Source of the DNA: Gemmatimonadales bacterium
Lineage (GTDB): Bacteria; Gemmatimonadota; Gemmatimonadetes; Gemmatimonadales; GWC2-71-9
Assembly (NCBI GenBank): GCA_041615815.1
Contig: JBFJCP010000001.1
Span: forward strand, 204,337 to 268,336
DNA length: 64,000 bases
Direction of reading: 5' to 3'
In this document: piece after piece, positions 10,603 through 20,484 of the stretch
Numbering within the stretch: the stretch's first letter is position 1
Layout of the letters: every line of letters begins with the position of its first letter
The notes under the pieces: model-generated
Database searches by the model: none
Seen by the model: the letters and a program-made list of their open reading frames with translations, nothing else
What the model was told of the DNA's origin: nothing
Made by a program: the position numbers and the translations under genes

Positions 10603-11456
10603 GCGGGGCAGGACTGCTCCTCATCGACAAGCCCGAGGGTCCCACGTCGCACGACGTGGTGGATGCCGTGCGCCGCAGACTGGGCGTGCGGCGAGTCGGT
10701 CACAGCGGCACGCTGGACCCGTTCGCGTCCGGACTGCTCCTCATGTTGGTGGGGCGGGCGACACGATTGTCGCAGTTCCTGGTCGGTCTCACCAAGCGGT
10801 ATAGCGGGGAGATTCACCTCGGCATGGTGACCGATACCGATGACCGGACGGGCGAGCCCCTGCGGTCGAGCGACACCTGGCGCGGGCTTTCCCGAGAGGA
10901 CATCGCCAGCGCCGTCTCGGGACTCACCGGTCGCTACGGGCAACGCCCACCGGCGTATTCGGCAAAGAAAGTGGACGGTCGCCGCGCGCACCGCCTGGCG
11001 CGGCAAGGCGTGCCCGTGGACCTCCCTCCTCGCGAAGTGGAGATCTTGGCGTTCGACGTCGGCGCGCTGCGCGGTCCAACGCTCGCCTTCACCGCCCACG
11101 TGAGCAGCGGGACCTATCTCCGGGCCCTGGCACGGGATCTGGGGGAGCGGCTCGGCTGCGGCGCGCACCTCCACCGCCTCCGGCGAACCGCTATCGGCCC
11201 ATTCGCGGTCGAACAGGCGCTACCGTTGGACGACCTCAACGCGGATAGCCCGATCCTGCCGGCGATGGAGGCCGTCCGTCACCTCCCGACGCTCGAGTTG
11301 AGCGCCGGCGAGCGCGAACGCGTCACGCACGGTCAACCGATCGACTTACACGCCGCCGGGCGCGGGCCTGTGGCACTTGTGCGGGACGCCGAGCTGGTGG
11401 CCGTTGCCGAGCCGCGGAACGGTGTCCTGAAGCCACGGGTCGTCCTCGCCGGATGA
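10599..11456 (+). CDS. truB: tRNA pseudouridine(55) synthase
   Basis: GLLLIDKPEGPTSHDVV lies upstream of the listed ORF start; GHSGTLDPFASG, SSGTYLRALARDLG; start inferred at CTG overlapping the rbfA stop. Confidence 0.93.
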   Translation: MSGAGLLLIDKPEGPTSHDVVDAVRRRLGVRRVGHSGTLDPFASGLLLMLVGRATRLSQFLVGLTKRYSGEIHLGMVTDTDDRTGEPLRSSDTWRGLSREDIASAVSGLTGRYGQRPPAYSAKKVDGRRAHRLARQGVPVDLPPREVEILAFDVGALRGPTLAFTAHVSSGTYLRALARDLGERLGCGAHLHRLRRTAIGPFAVEQALPLDDLNADSPILPAMEAVRHLPTLELSAGERERVTHGQPIDLHAAGRGPVALVRDAELVAVAEPRNGVLKPRVVLAG

Positions 11457-12388
11457 GCCAATCCGCTTTGCCGCTGGATGGTCGCGGAACGGTGCTCACT
11501 GTGGGCAGCTTCGACGGGGTGCACCTCGGGCACCGCCAGGTATTGGAGGAAATTGCCATCAGGGCGGCTCGTGCGAACCGCCGGAGCGTCCTCGTGACGT
11601 TTGAGCCGCACCCGCTGGAGATCGTGAACCCCCAGGCGGCGCCGCTCCTCCTGACCCTCGCGAATGAGCGCCGCGAGATCCTCGCCCAATGCGACCTGGA
11701 TGTGGTCGTGTTTCTGGCGTTCACTCGAGCGCTCTCGCAGTACACGCCGAAGGCGTTTGTTCGCCTGCTCCTGGACCGGTTTCAGATGCGGGAACTCGTG
11801 ATCGGGTACGATCATGGTTTTGGCCGCGGACGCGCCGGCGACGTGGGGGTGCTCCGGGTCCTGGGACAAGAGATGGGATTTGCGGTCGACGTGGTGGCGG
11901 AGGTCGATTCGGCGGGACGACCGGTCTCCTCGACGCTCGTGCGCCGCGCGGTAGCTGGGGGAGATCTCGCCACGGCGACGCGGCTCCTGGGACGGCCGTA
12001 CGCCCTCACGGCACCGGTCATGCCAGGGAAGGGCCGCGGACGGGACATCGGGTACCGCACCATTAACCTCGTGCTTCCCGATGCACGGAAGCTCCTGCCG
12101 CCGGACGGGGTATATGCGGTACAGGTGGAATGGCGCACGGGCCGGGCAGGGGGGATGATGCACATCGGACCGCGCCCGACCTTCGCGGAGACGGACCGAT
12201 CGCTCGAGGTTCATCTTCTCGATGCGCAGGTGGACCTTTATGACCACGAGATTAAGGTCTCGTGGATCGCCCGGCTTCGGGATGTGATGACGTTTCCTTC
12301 GCCGGAGGCGCTCAAGCAACAGTTGGACAAGGACTTCGCCGCTGCCCGCCATGCGTTGACAGCACCGGGCAGCCTCAGTAGTCATTAG
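11453..12388 (+). CDS. ribF: Bifunctional riboflavin kinase/FAD synthetase
   Basis: GSFDGVHLGH, TFEPHP, VSSTLVR, GYRTIN, LEVHLLD. Confidence 0.95.
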   Translation: MSQSALPLDGRGTVLTVGSFDGVHLGHRQVLEEIAIRAARANRRSVLVTFEPHPLEIVNPQAAPLLLTLANERREILAQCDLDVVVFLAFTRALSQYTPKAFVRLLLDRFQMRELVIGYDHGFGRGRAGDVGVLRVLGQEMGFAVDVVAEVDSAGRPVSSTLVRRAVAGGDLATATRLLGRPYALTAPVMPGKGRGRDIGYRTINLVLPDARKLLPPDGVYAVQVEWRTGRAGGMMHIGPRPTFAETDRSLEVHLLDAQVDLYDHEIKVSWIARLRDVMTFPSPEALKQQLDKDFAAARHALTAPGSLSSH

Positions 12389-12415
12389 GGCCTTTCGGGG
12401 ACTTCAACGGAATCC

Positions 12416-14080
12416 ATGTTTTCGACAATCAAGGGCCGTTTCATCGTCATCCTCGCGCTCGTGGCATTGAGCGTCTGGTCGCTCATTCCACGCAACGTCA
12501 CGATTCGGGAGCGCGGGGAGGATGGGGTGATGCGCGACGTCGTCGTCAAGCGGGTCCCGCTCAAGCAAGGCTTGGATCTGCGCGGCGGCATTCACTTGGC
12601 GCTCGAGATCGATGAGTCGGCAGGCCAAGTGGCCGACAAGGCCGATGCTCTGGAGCGGGCACTGACCGTCATTCGCACCCGGGTCGACGAGTTCGGGGTT
12701 GCAGAACCGCTCATTCAGAAGGTCGGCGACGAGCGTATCGTCGTCGAATTGGCCGGCATCGACGATCCGGCACGTGCCAAGCAGATCGTCCAGCGTTCGG
12801 CCTTTCTGGAATTCCGGATCACGGACATGGAGCAGCAGTTCCGCGATGCGCTTCCCGCGATCGACCAGGCGCTGATGCGCGAGGGAGTGCGAGCGGATCG
12901 GACCACGACCGGCGCCGCAGGGCCGAGCCAGCTGGAGGCCCTCCTGGGTGCGGATACCACGGCCGCGGACACGGCGTCGGTGAATCAGGATACCACGGCC
13001 GCGGACACGGCGTTCGCGCTGGACCAACCCGGGCCGTTGAGCACGTATCTGTTCAACGGGAATCTTCCTGGCGAGTTTCTCGTACCCGAGGAAGATTTTC
13101 CCCGGGTGGACAGCCTGCTCAACCACCCGGCAGCGGTGCGCGCCTTCCCGCGAGGACTGGAGCTCGTGTGGGCGATGGAGCCGATCGCGCAGGGAGCGCG
13201 CTCATATCGCGGCCTTTATGTCGTTCAACGGCGCCCTATCATCACGGGGGAGTACCTCTCCGACGCTCGCGCTACCATCGACCAATTGAACAATCAGGCC
13301 ATCGTACAGTTCGAGCTCACGCGCTCCGGCGGCCGCATCTTCCGTCGCGAGACGGGCCGGCACGTGGGTGACTACATGGCGATCATGTTGGATGGACGGG
13401 TACACCGCTCGCCACCGGTGATTCGGTCGCAGATCGGACGGAACGGGCAGATCGAGTTGGGCAACGCGAGTCTCCAGGAAGCGCAGGATCTGGCGTTGGT
13501 GCTCCGCGCGGGAGCGCTTCCCGCACCTATTCACATCGTGGAAGAGCGAACGGTCGGACCCAGTCTCGGGCGCGATTCGATCGCCCAGGGGAGACGGGCC
13601 GCGATCATCGCATCCGTCGCGATCGTGCTGATCGTGATCGCGTATTATCGGTTCTCTGGGCTGCTGGCAGTCCTCGCGCTCGGCTTCTACGGGCTGTTTA
13701 CGCTCGGCGGACTTGCGATGTTCGGCGCCACGCTCACGCTTCCGGGTCTGGCCGGCTTCGCCCTCTCCATCGGCATGGCGGTCGACGCCAACGTGCTGAT
13801 CTTCGAACGGATCCGGGAAGAGCTTGGCTACGGCAAGTCCGTGCGACTGGCCGTGGACGACGGATTCAAGCACGCCATGCCAGCTATCGTCGACTCCAAC
13901 ATCACCACCGTGCTCACCGCGTTGTTCCTCTTTCAGTTTGGAACGGGACCGGTCAAAGGATTTGCTGTCACCCTGATCGTCGGCATCTTTGCCTCTTTCA
14001 TCACGGCGGTCTTCATCACTCGCACGCTTTTCTTGATCTGGCTACAAGCCGGTCAGACGACGAAGGAACTCTCGATCTGA
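12416..14080 (+). CDS. secD: Protein translocase subunit SecD
   Basis: GLDLRGG, LRAGALPAP, VGPSLG, GMAVDANVLIFERIREE. Confidence 0.97.
   Translation: MFSTIKGRFIVILALVALSVWSLIPRNVTIRERGEDGVMRDVVVKRVPLKQGLDLRGGIHLALEIDESAGQVADKADALERALTVIRTRVDEFGVAEPLIQKVGDERIVVELAGIDDPARAKQIVQRSAFLEFRITDMEQQFRDALPAIDQALMREGVRADRTTTGAAGPSQLEALLGADTTAADTASVNQDTTAADTAFALDQPGPLSTYLFNGNLPGEFLVPEEDFPRVDSLLNHPAAVRAFPRGLELVWAMEPIAQGARSYRGLYVVQRRPIITGEYLSDARATIDQLNNQAIVQFELTRSGGRIFRRETGRHVGDYMAIMLDGRVHRSPPVIRSQIGRNGQIELGNASLQEAQDLALVLRAGALPAPIHIVEERTVGPSLGRDSIAQGRRAAIIASVAIVLIVIAYYRFSGLLAVLALGFYGLFTLGGLAMFGATLTLPGLAGFALSIGMAVDANVLIFERIREELGYGKSVRLAVDDGFKHAMPAIVDSNITTVLTALFLFQFGTGPVKGFAVTLIVGIFASFITAVFITRTLFLIWLQAGQTTKELSI
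12952..13013 (+). repeat. 26-bp direct repeat (period 36) within secD
   Basis: GGATACCACGGCCGCGGACACGGCGT at 12952 and 12988; DTTAADTA twice. Confidence 0.9.
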
Positions 14081-15051
14081 TGATTCGCATATTCGCCGAG
14101 GCCAACTACGATTTTCTCGCGGTTCGAAAGATCGCGTATGGTCTTACCGCCGCCATTGTGATCCCGGGTCTCGTGCTCTTGGCGGTCCGCGGGCTCAACG
14201 AGAGCATCGAGTTCACCGGCGGTACCCTCATCGAGATTCAGGCCAAGCAACCGGCCATCACCATCGCGGGCATTCGGGATGCGCTGTGCGGTTCGGACCT
14301 CTGTGATGCGGAGATTCAGACGTTTGGGGCGCCCAACGAGTTCGTGATTCGTGCGCGGCTCGCGGCGGACGCTGCGACAGTTGTCGACCAGGGGACGCAA
14401 GAGGTGAGTGAAGCCGTCGCGGCCAGTCTTACGGGCACGTTTGGAGACGGAAGCTACGAAGTGGTCCGCACCGAGGCGGTGGGACCCAAAGTGGGCGGCG
14501 AGCTTCGACAGAAAGCGCTGCTGGCCATCATTCTGTCGTTTGGCGTGACCCTCATCTACATCGCGTTTCGGTTCGAGTGGAGGTTTGGCATCGCCGCCAT
14601 CGCCGCGACGGCCCACGATATTCTCGCTGGTGTCGCGTTCATCACCATCTTGAATCTCGAGATCTCGCTGGTCGTCGTCGCCGCCGTGCTCACCATTCTC
14701 GGGTATTCCCTCAACGACACCATCGTCGTCTTCGACCGCGTGCGGGAGAATCTCCGCAAGTACAAGCGGGAGAATCTCTACGCCATCCTGAATCGTAGCG
14801 TCAATGAGACGCTGCCACGCACCTTGCTCACCGGGGTCACGACCCTCGTCGCGACCACCTCACTCCTTATCTTCGGCGGACGGGTGATCGCCGGGTTCGC
14901 AGCCGTGATGACATTCGGCATCATCATTGGGACCTTCTCATCCATCTACATTGCTTCACCCGTGCTGCTAGCGATCGAGCAACGCTGGCCCGGCGAAGAC
15001 GTCCGGGGGGCCAAGACGATCATGCCGCGCGCCGCACCGGTATCGGGATAG
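14080..15051 (+). CDS. secF: Protein translocase subunit SecF
   Basis: IEFTGGT, VGPKVG, GYSLNDTIVVFDRVREN. Confidence 0.97.
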   Translation: MIRIFAEANYDFLAVRKIAYGLTAAIVIPGLVLLAVRGLNESIEFTGGTLIEIQAKQPAITIAGIRDALCGSDLCDAEIQTFGAPNEFVIRARLAADAATVVDQGTQEVSEAVAASLTGTFGDGSYEVVRTEAVGPKVGGELRQKALLAIILSFGVTLIYIAFRFEWRFGIAAIAATAHDILAGVAFITILNLEISLVVVAAVLTILGYSLNDTIVVFDRVRENLRKYKRENLYAILNRSVNETLPRTLLTGVTTLVATTSLLIFGGRVIAGFAAVMTFGIIIGTFSSIYIASPVLLAIEQRWPGEDVRGAKTIMPRAAPVSG

Positions 15052-15064
15052 TCTTCTCCCGCCA

Positions 15065-15835
15065 GTGCTCGTCGACACGCACTGTCATCTGGCCGACGCC
15101 CGCTTCGATGACGATCGGACGGTGGTAGTCGAGCGCGCTCGCCAAGCGGGCGTCACCCATGTCGTGATTATCGCCGATTCGGCTCCGAATACGGGCCGCG
15201 TCGTCGAACTCGCCAAGGCGCTCGATCTCTCAGCGACGGCCGGTGTGCATCCACACGAGGCTTCGTCGTGGTCCTCGGAAACGCGAGCTCGCATCGAGGC
15301 GGTCCTCCACGATCCGGTGGTCGTCGCCGTGGGAGAAACCGGCCTCGACTACCATTACGATCACGCGCCACGGGAGGCACAGCGTCGGGCCTTCGGCGAC
15401 CAGCTCACGCTGGCCAGCCAACACGGACTCCCAGCCGTCGTACACTCCCGCTCCGCCGATGACGACATGGCGGACATGCTGCGGGATACCGAAGCCGCGG
15501 TCGTGCTCCACTCCTTCAGCGCCGGACCCAAGGTCTTGGACGTGGCCCTCCAGCGGTCCTTCTACGTTTCGTTCAGCGGCATGGTCACCTTTCGGTCGTG
15601 GACCGATCGGGAGGCCGTCACCGCCGTCGCCGACGATCGCGTCCTGGTCGAGACTGATGCCCCGTACCTCGCTCCCGTGCCGCACCGGGGGAAACGCAAC
15701 GAACCGGCATTCGTGCGACACGTTGCCCTGTGCGTCGCGGAGTTCCGGGACACGGCCCACACGGACCTGGCCCGCTTGACCACGGACAATGCTGTGCGTT
15801 GTTTCGGAAATCGCATCGCTCAACTCTGTCCCTGA
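15065..15835 (+). CDS. tatD: TatD family hydrolase
   Basis: DTHCHL, GVHPH, GETGLDY, ETDAPYLAP, NEPA. Confidence 0.93.
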   Translation: MLVDTHCHLADARFDDDRTVVVERARQAGVTHVVIIADSAPNTGRVVELAKALDLSATAGVHPHEASSWSSETRARIEAVLHDPVVVAVGETGLDYHYDHAPREAQRRAFGDQLTLASQHGLPAVVHSRSADDDMADMLRDTEAAVVLHSFSAGPKVLDVALQRSFYVSFSGMVTFRSWTDREAVTAVADDRVLVETDAPYLAPVPHRGKRNEPAFVRHVALCVAEFRDTAHTDLARLTTDNAVRCFGNRIAQLCP

Positions 15836-15838
15836 TCC

Positions 15839-17518
15839 ATGACTGTTACCAAGATTCCCTCCGACATCGCGATCGCGCAGGCGGCAGCCTTGCGTCCAAT
15901 CGCGGACGTAGCCGGCGATCTGGGTCTCGGCACGGACGATCTGATCCGCTACGGAGACGACAAGGCAAAGATCCGGCTTGATCAACTCGCCGCCCGCCCG
16001 CGCCGAGGCCGCCTGGTCCTGGTCACCGGTATCAACCCCACGCCGGCCGGGGAGGGGAAGTCGACCGTGACGGTAGGGGTGGCCCAGGCGTTGCGCCGCA
16101 TGGGACAGAACGTCCTCGTGTGCATTCGGGAACCGAGCCTGGGCCCGGTGTTTGGCATCAAAGGTGGGGCGGCCGGAGGGGGGTACGCACAGGTCGTACC
16201 CATGGAAGACATCAATCTCCACTTCACGGGAGATTTCCACGCCATCACCAGCGCGCACAATCTCCTCTCGGCCCTGCTCGACAACCACCTCCATCAGGGC
16301 AACCGCCTGGGCATTGACCACCGGCGTATCAGCTGGCCTCGGACCATCGACATGAACGACCGAGCGCTTCGGAACGCGGTCGTGGGCCTCGGGGGGGTAT
16401 TGGGCGGTATCCCCAGACAAGAGCGTTTTGTCATTACGCCAGCCAGTGAGATCATGGCCGTCCTCGCCCTGGCCACCGATCTTGACGATCTGGAAGCACG
16501 CCTCGGACGCATCATTGTGGGGCTCACGCGGGATCGCACGGCGGTACGCGCCGACGAGCTCAAGGCCAACGGCGCGATGACCATGTTGCTAAAGGACGCC
16601 TTACTCCCCAATCTCGTTCAGACCCTGGAAGGGGGACCAGCCATCGTGCACTGCGGCCCGTTCGGCAATATCGCGCACGGATGCAATTCCCTCATCGCCA
16701 CCGAAACGGCGCTCAAGCTCGCCGATATCGTCCTCACCGAGGCGGGCTTCGGCGCCGACCTGGGGGCCGAAAAGTTCTTCGACATCAAGTGCCGCGTCGG
16801 GGAGCTGCGACCCGAGGCGGCCGTCGTGGTCGCAACCATCCGTGCCCTCAAACTGCATGGCGGTGCGGCCAAGGATCGGCTGAGCGAGCCAGATGCCGCC
16901 GCCGTCGAGCGCGGATTCGCCAACCTCGGCCGCCACATCGAGAATGTCGGCAAGTTCGGCATACCCGCCATTGTGGCGCTCAACCGATTCATCACGGACG
17001 CGGACGACGAGATCCAGGTCGTGCGGGAGCGCTGTGCCACCCTCGGTGCTCGGTTTGGGCTCTGCGAAGTATGGGAAAAGGGTGGCGAAGGTGGCCTCGA
17101 GATCGGTCAGGCCATCTTGAATGTGCTCGACGAGGGCAACGCCGATTTTCGACCACTGTACGACCACACCGCGAGCATTCCGGACAAGATCGGGCGAATC
17201 GCCCAGGACATCTATGGTGCCGACGGTGTGGATTTCGACCCCGCGGCCACCCGAGCGATCCACCAGCTCGAGGCCGCCGGGCTCGGCGCCACACCGGTGT
17301 GCATGGCCAAGACGCAATACTCGTTCAGCGACGACCCCACTCGGATGGGCGCGCCAAGCGGCTTTCGCATTTCCGTACGGGATCTCTATCCGTCCGCGGG
17401 CGCGGGTTTCGTCGTCGCCCTCACTGGGGATGTCATGACGATGCCCGGCCTGGGGAAGACCCCAGCGGCGGAAAAAATGCGGGTCAACGCCAACGGTACG
17501 ATCGAGGGACTGTTCTAG
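15839..17518 (+). CDS. fhs: Formate--tetrahydrofolate ligase
   Basis: PTPAGEGKST, KGGAAGGGYAQ, GPFGNIAHGCNS, TEAGFGADLGAEKF, MTMPGL. Confidence 0.97.
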   Translation: MTVTKIPSDIAIAQAAALRPIADVAGDLGLGTDDLIRYGDDKAKIRLDQLAARPRRGRLVLVTGINPTPAGEGKSTVTVGVAQALRRMGQNVLVCIREPSLGPVFGIKGGAAGGGYAQVVPMEDINLHFTGDFHAITSAHNLLSALLDNHLHQGNRLGIDHRRISWPRTIDMNDRALRNAVVGLGGVLGGIPRQERFVITPASEIMAVLALATDLDDLEARLGRIIVGLTRDRTAVRADELKANGAMTMLLKDALLPNLVQTLEGGPAIVHCGPFGNIAHGCNSLIATETALKLADIVLTEAGFGADLGAEKFFDIKCRVGELRPEAAVVVATIRALKLHGGAAKDRLSEPDAAAVERGFANLGRHIENVGKFGIPAIVALNRFITDADDEIQVVRERCATLGARFGLCEVWEKGGEGGLEIGQAILNVLDEGNADFRPLYDHTASIPDKIGRIAQDIYGADGVDFDPAATRAIHQLEAAGLGATPVCMAKTQYSFSDDPTRMGAPSGFRISVRDLYPSAGAGFVVALTGDVMTMPGLGKTPAAEKMRVNANGTIEGLF

Positions 17519-17616
17519 CCGCATGCCGTGAGCAGTGAGAAGTAGTGCGTAAGCGTTGAGGCGTGGGGGTGAGCGGGATCATCCACGGCCGATCATTCGC
17601 GACAAGGGGAGCGTCC

Positions 17617-17994
17617 ATGGACACGGTGGCCACGAAGAACGCACCACAAGCAATTGGCCCTTACAGTCAAGCCGTCATTGCCGGTGATCTCGTGTTCACC
17701 GCGGGGCAGATTGCTCTGGACCCGGAGACGATGGAGGTGGCAGGCGCGGACGTCGCGCAGCAAACCGACCGGGTCATGCGCAATCTGGCGGGCGTCCTGG
17801 ACGCGGCCGGAAGTAACCTCTCGCGCGTGGTGAAGACCACGGTCTATCTTGCCAGTATGGACGACTTCGTGGCGATGAACGAGGTATACGGAAAACACTT
17901 CGGTTCACATCGGCCCGCGCGGTCGACCGTCGAGGTCTCGGCCTTGCCCAAGAAGGTGCTCGTCGAGATCGACGCCATCGCCGTGCGCGGATGA
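17617..17994 (+). CDS. ridA: RidA family enamine/imine deaminase
   Basis: APQAIGPYSQA, TAGQI, PARSTVEVSALP, VEIDAIA; start set at ATG 17617. Confidence 0.92.
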   Translation: MDTVATKNAPQAIGPYSQAVIAGDLVFTAGQIALDPETMEVAGADVAQQTDRVMRNLAGVLDAAGSNLSRVVKTTVYLASMDDFVAMNEVYGKHFGSHRPARSTVEVSALPKKVLVEIDAIAVRG

Positions 17995-18001
17995 CCTGCG
18001 C

Positions 18002-18098
18002 GGGAGCGGATTGGGTCTGGTGGCCTGCACGGTCTTCAAAACCGCTGGGAGGCGCCTGAGGCGACTTCGGTGGGTTCGATTCCCACACGCTCCCGCCA
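18002..18098 (+). tRNA. selC: tRNA-Sec (UCA)
   Basis: 97 nt; anticodon loop CT-TCA-AA; 6-bp D stem with 4-nt loop; long variable arm; GTGGG-TTCGATT-CCCAC T arm; ends GCCA. Confidence 0.93.
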
Positions 18099-18106
18099 TG
18101 ACGACC

Positions 18107-18230
18107 GTGGGGAGTGAGGAGTGAGCAGTGCGGAACCAGGAGGCCGTGAGCTTTGTGCTGGGCCAGCGCCTCGCACCAGACCCCTCACGGGGGTGGGGAG
18201 GGTGAGCATCGCTCACTCCTTACCCTTCAC
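18107..18230. repeat. Heptamer (GTGRGVA-like) tandem array with an inverted copy
   Basis: gtgggga gtgagga gtgagca gtgcgga at 18107-18134; reverse-complement-like gctcactccttacccttcac at 18211-18230. Confidence 0.6.
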
Positions 18231-18256
18231 TGGGGCGCGGGTGACAGGGTAGGACC

Positions 18257-19162
18257 ATGGCGGCCGTCTCCGCCCTCATCATTCTCAACCCGCAAGCCGG
18301 CGGCGGCCGCGCGAGAAACAGCGCTGCCCGTCTCCTCCGCCGTGCCCGCTCCCTGGGCTGGGACGTGGCGCTTCGTCTGACGGAACACCCGGGACATGAA
18401 GTGTCGCTCGCGGAGGAAGGGCGGCGGGAGTCCTGGCCCCTGATCATCGCGGCCGGCGGGGACGGGACGGTGCACGGCGTCGCCAACGGACTGCTCGCGG
18501 ACGGCAAGACCGACGTCGTCCTCGGACACGTGCCCATTGGCAACGGGAACGATTTCGCTCGGGCCATTGGCCTCGATTCGCGCTCGCCCGAAAAAAACCT
18601 CGCCGCCCTCGCCGCCGGGCGCGTGAAAACGCTCGACGTGGGCCAAGCACTCGGCGAGATCTTCGTCAATGGTCTGGGGGTGGGTTTCAGCGCCGCCGTG
18701 GTGAGCCGCCTTCTCGAGTTCAAGCACCTTCGCGGGTTCCCGCTGTACCTGGCCGCCACGTACCGGACGTTTGCGTCCTTCCAGGCGCCGATGCTGGACG
18801 TCAAGTCGGAGAGCCACGCCGAGCACGGACGTCTGATGATGGTGGAGGTCACCAACGGCCCCACTGCCGGTGGCGGATTCCGGTTGACACCGGGCGCCAC
18901 ACCCGACGACGGGGTCTTTGACGTGTGTGTGATTCGCAAGGTCGGCCTCCTCCGGTTCCTGCGCTCGCTCCCCTCGGTCGTGCGGGGCACGCACGGGCGA
19001 CTGGACGAGGTGACGCTGTTTCGCACACGCCATATCCGACTCGCCGGGTGCGCGGGCGAGCAGCTGACATATCACCTCGACGGCGAACTGCGAGAAGGGA
19101 TCGGGGAACCCGTGGACGTGCGTCTGCTTCCTCAGCAACTCAAGGTGTTATGCGCGGGCTGA
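18257..19162 (+). CDS. Diacylglycerol/lipid kinase (YegS/DagK family)
   Basis: ILNPQAG, AAGGDGT, PIGNGNDFAR, LDGE. Confidence 0.92.
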   Translation: MAAVSALIILNPQAGGGRARNSAARLLRRARSLGWDVALRLTEHPGHEVSLAEEGRRESWPLIIAAGGDGTVHGVANGLLADGKTDVVLGHVPIGNGNDFARAIGLDSRSPEKNLAALAAGRVKTLDVGQALGEIFVNGLGVGFSAAVVSRLLEFKHLRGFPLYLAATYRTFASFQAPMLDVKSESHAEHGRLMMVEVTNGPTAGGGFRLTPGATPDDGVFDVCVIRKVGLLRFLRSLPSVVRGTHGRLDEVTLFRTRHIRLAGCAGEQLTYHLDGELREGIGEPVDVRLLPQQLKVLCAG

Positions 19163-19641
19163 TCGTGCTCGCTGCCCTCGTGTGCATGCCACTCGTCGCA
19201 GCACATGCGCAGGTGCCGCAACCCCCACCGCAACGCCAGCCCTCTCCGAGGGACACGATCAAAGTTCCCCAATTCCGTATCGATCCTCCGGTGTCCCCGC
19301 TTGGCGCCATGTGGCGCTCCCTGCTGCTTCCGGGCTGGGGGCAGTCGATTCTGGGCCGCCGCGTGACGGGAGCGGCGTTCATATTCTGGGAGGGGCTGAC
19401 CATCGCAATGACGGCGAAGTCGATTGCCCAATTGGACTACCAGGAGGATGTCGAGGCCGAGACGGTCGCGGAAAAGCGCCAAGAGGTGCAGGACTGGGCC
19501 ATTCTGTGGGGCTTCAACCACCTTCTGGCCGCCGCGGACGCGTTCGTCGCCGCGCAACTCTGGGATTTTCCAACCGAGCTCGAGGCCCGGAGGCTCCCGA
19601 GCGGGGACACGGCGGTCGGGCTCAGAGTATATTGGGATTGA
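19150..19641 (+). CDS. Exported/membrane protein (DUF5683-like)
   Basis: Signal peptide ending AHAQ; SLLLPGWGQ motif. Confidence 0.6.
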   Translation: MRGLIVLAALVCMPLVAAHAQVPQPPPQRQPSPRDTIKVPQFRIDPPVSPLGAMWRSLLLPGWGQSILGRRVTGAAFIFWEGLTIAMTAKSIAQLDYQEDVEAETVAEKRQEVQDWAILWGFNHLLAAADAFVAAQLWDFPTELEARRLPSGDTAVGLRVYWD

Positions 19642-20362
19642 ATTGCTGGAGGACCGGCCCCGCCTCCGTGATCTCGAGATACCGAAAACCCTCCATCCAC
19701 GCTCCTGGGTTGGCATACCAGCGGCGCTCACCCATCGATTCGAGCACTGGGCGATGCGTGTGCCCGAAGACCACGAGGTCCAGCTCCGGGCGCGTTGCCA
19801 GCAGGTTGGTCGCATAGGCGGACTGTTGCGCTGCTGAACTCGCCAAGACGTGTGCCCGGCGAGTGTCTCCTGCCACCTGCCCGGAGAAGCGTTTCACCAT
19901 TCGCAGCCCAAGATCGGGATGGATCCAGCGAAAAACCCGTGGCGTCAGCGGAAACCGGGTGAGCGCCTGGAGGACACGCGAGCTGAGGTTGCGCTCCATT
20001 CCGTCCCCGTGGGCGACCAACGCGCGCCACCCCGCCAGTGACAGCTCCACCCCGTGGCGATGGAACGAGGCCCCGAGTTCTCGTTCCCAAAACGACCCTC
20101 CCCACCGATCGTGGTTGCCACCGATCACGGTCACGCGCGTGCCGGCGTCCCGTACCGCCGCGAGCGCGGCCAGGGTCCTGAACGCCGAGCGGGGAATGAC
20201 CGTACGGTACTCGAACCAAAAATCGAAGAGGTCACCGTTGATCACCAGGTGAAACGCCCGATTTGGCAGGCTGCGGAGAAACGCGTGAAACGCCTCCGTC
20301 ACCACCGGCGGCGCTTGGCCCAAGTGGGCGTCGGATACGACGATCGCAGCGGGCCGTGTCAC
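19622..20362 (-). CDS. lpxH: UDP-2,3-diacylglucosamine diphosphatase (LpxH-like)
   Basis: SDAHLG, GDLFDFW, GNHD, AHGD, FGHTH, NPGAW. Confidence 0.85.
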   Translation of the reverse strand: MTRPAAIVVSDAHLGQAPPVVTEAFHAFLRSLPNRAFHLVINGDLFDFWFEYRTVIPRSAFRTLAALAAVRDAGTRVTVIGGNHDRWGGSFWERELGASFHRHGVELSLAGWRALVAHGDGMERNLSSRVLQALTRFPLTPRVFRWIHPDLGLRMVKRFSGQVAGDTRRAHVLASSAAQQSAYATNLLATRPELDLVVFGHTHRPVLESMGERRWYANPGAWMEGFRYLEITEAGPVLQQFNPNIL

Positions 20363-20484
20363 GGCGGCAGTATAGGAGTGCACCGACGACTCTCGCAACC
20401 TCCTGTCGTTATTGACTTTTGAGTCGGGAGCACCTTAATTTGCTCCCGCTCCCACCCACCCGTGCTCCCATTGGAGGAGGCTCG

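Noticed and set aside
17774..18216. Minus-strand ORFs over selC, and ORFs over tRNA-Pro, tRNA-Arg and 16S
   Set aside because: They overlap structural RNA genes
17528..18230. CRISPR array
   Set aside because: Units are 7-nt degenerate tandem repeats without spacers; no cas genes
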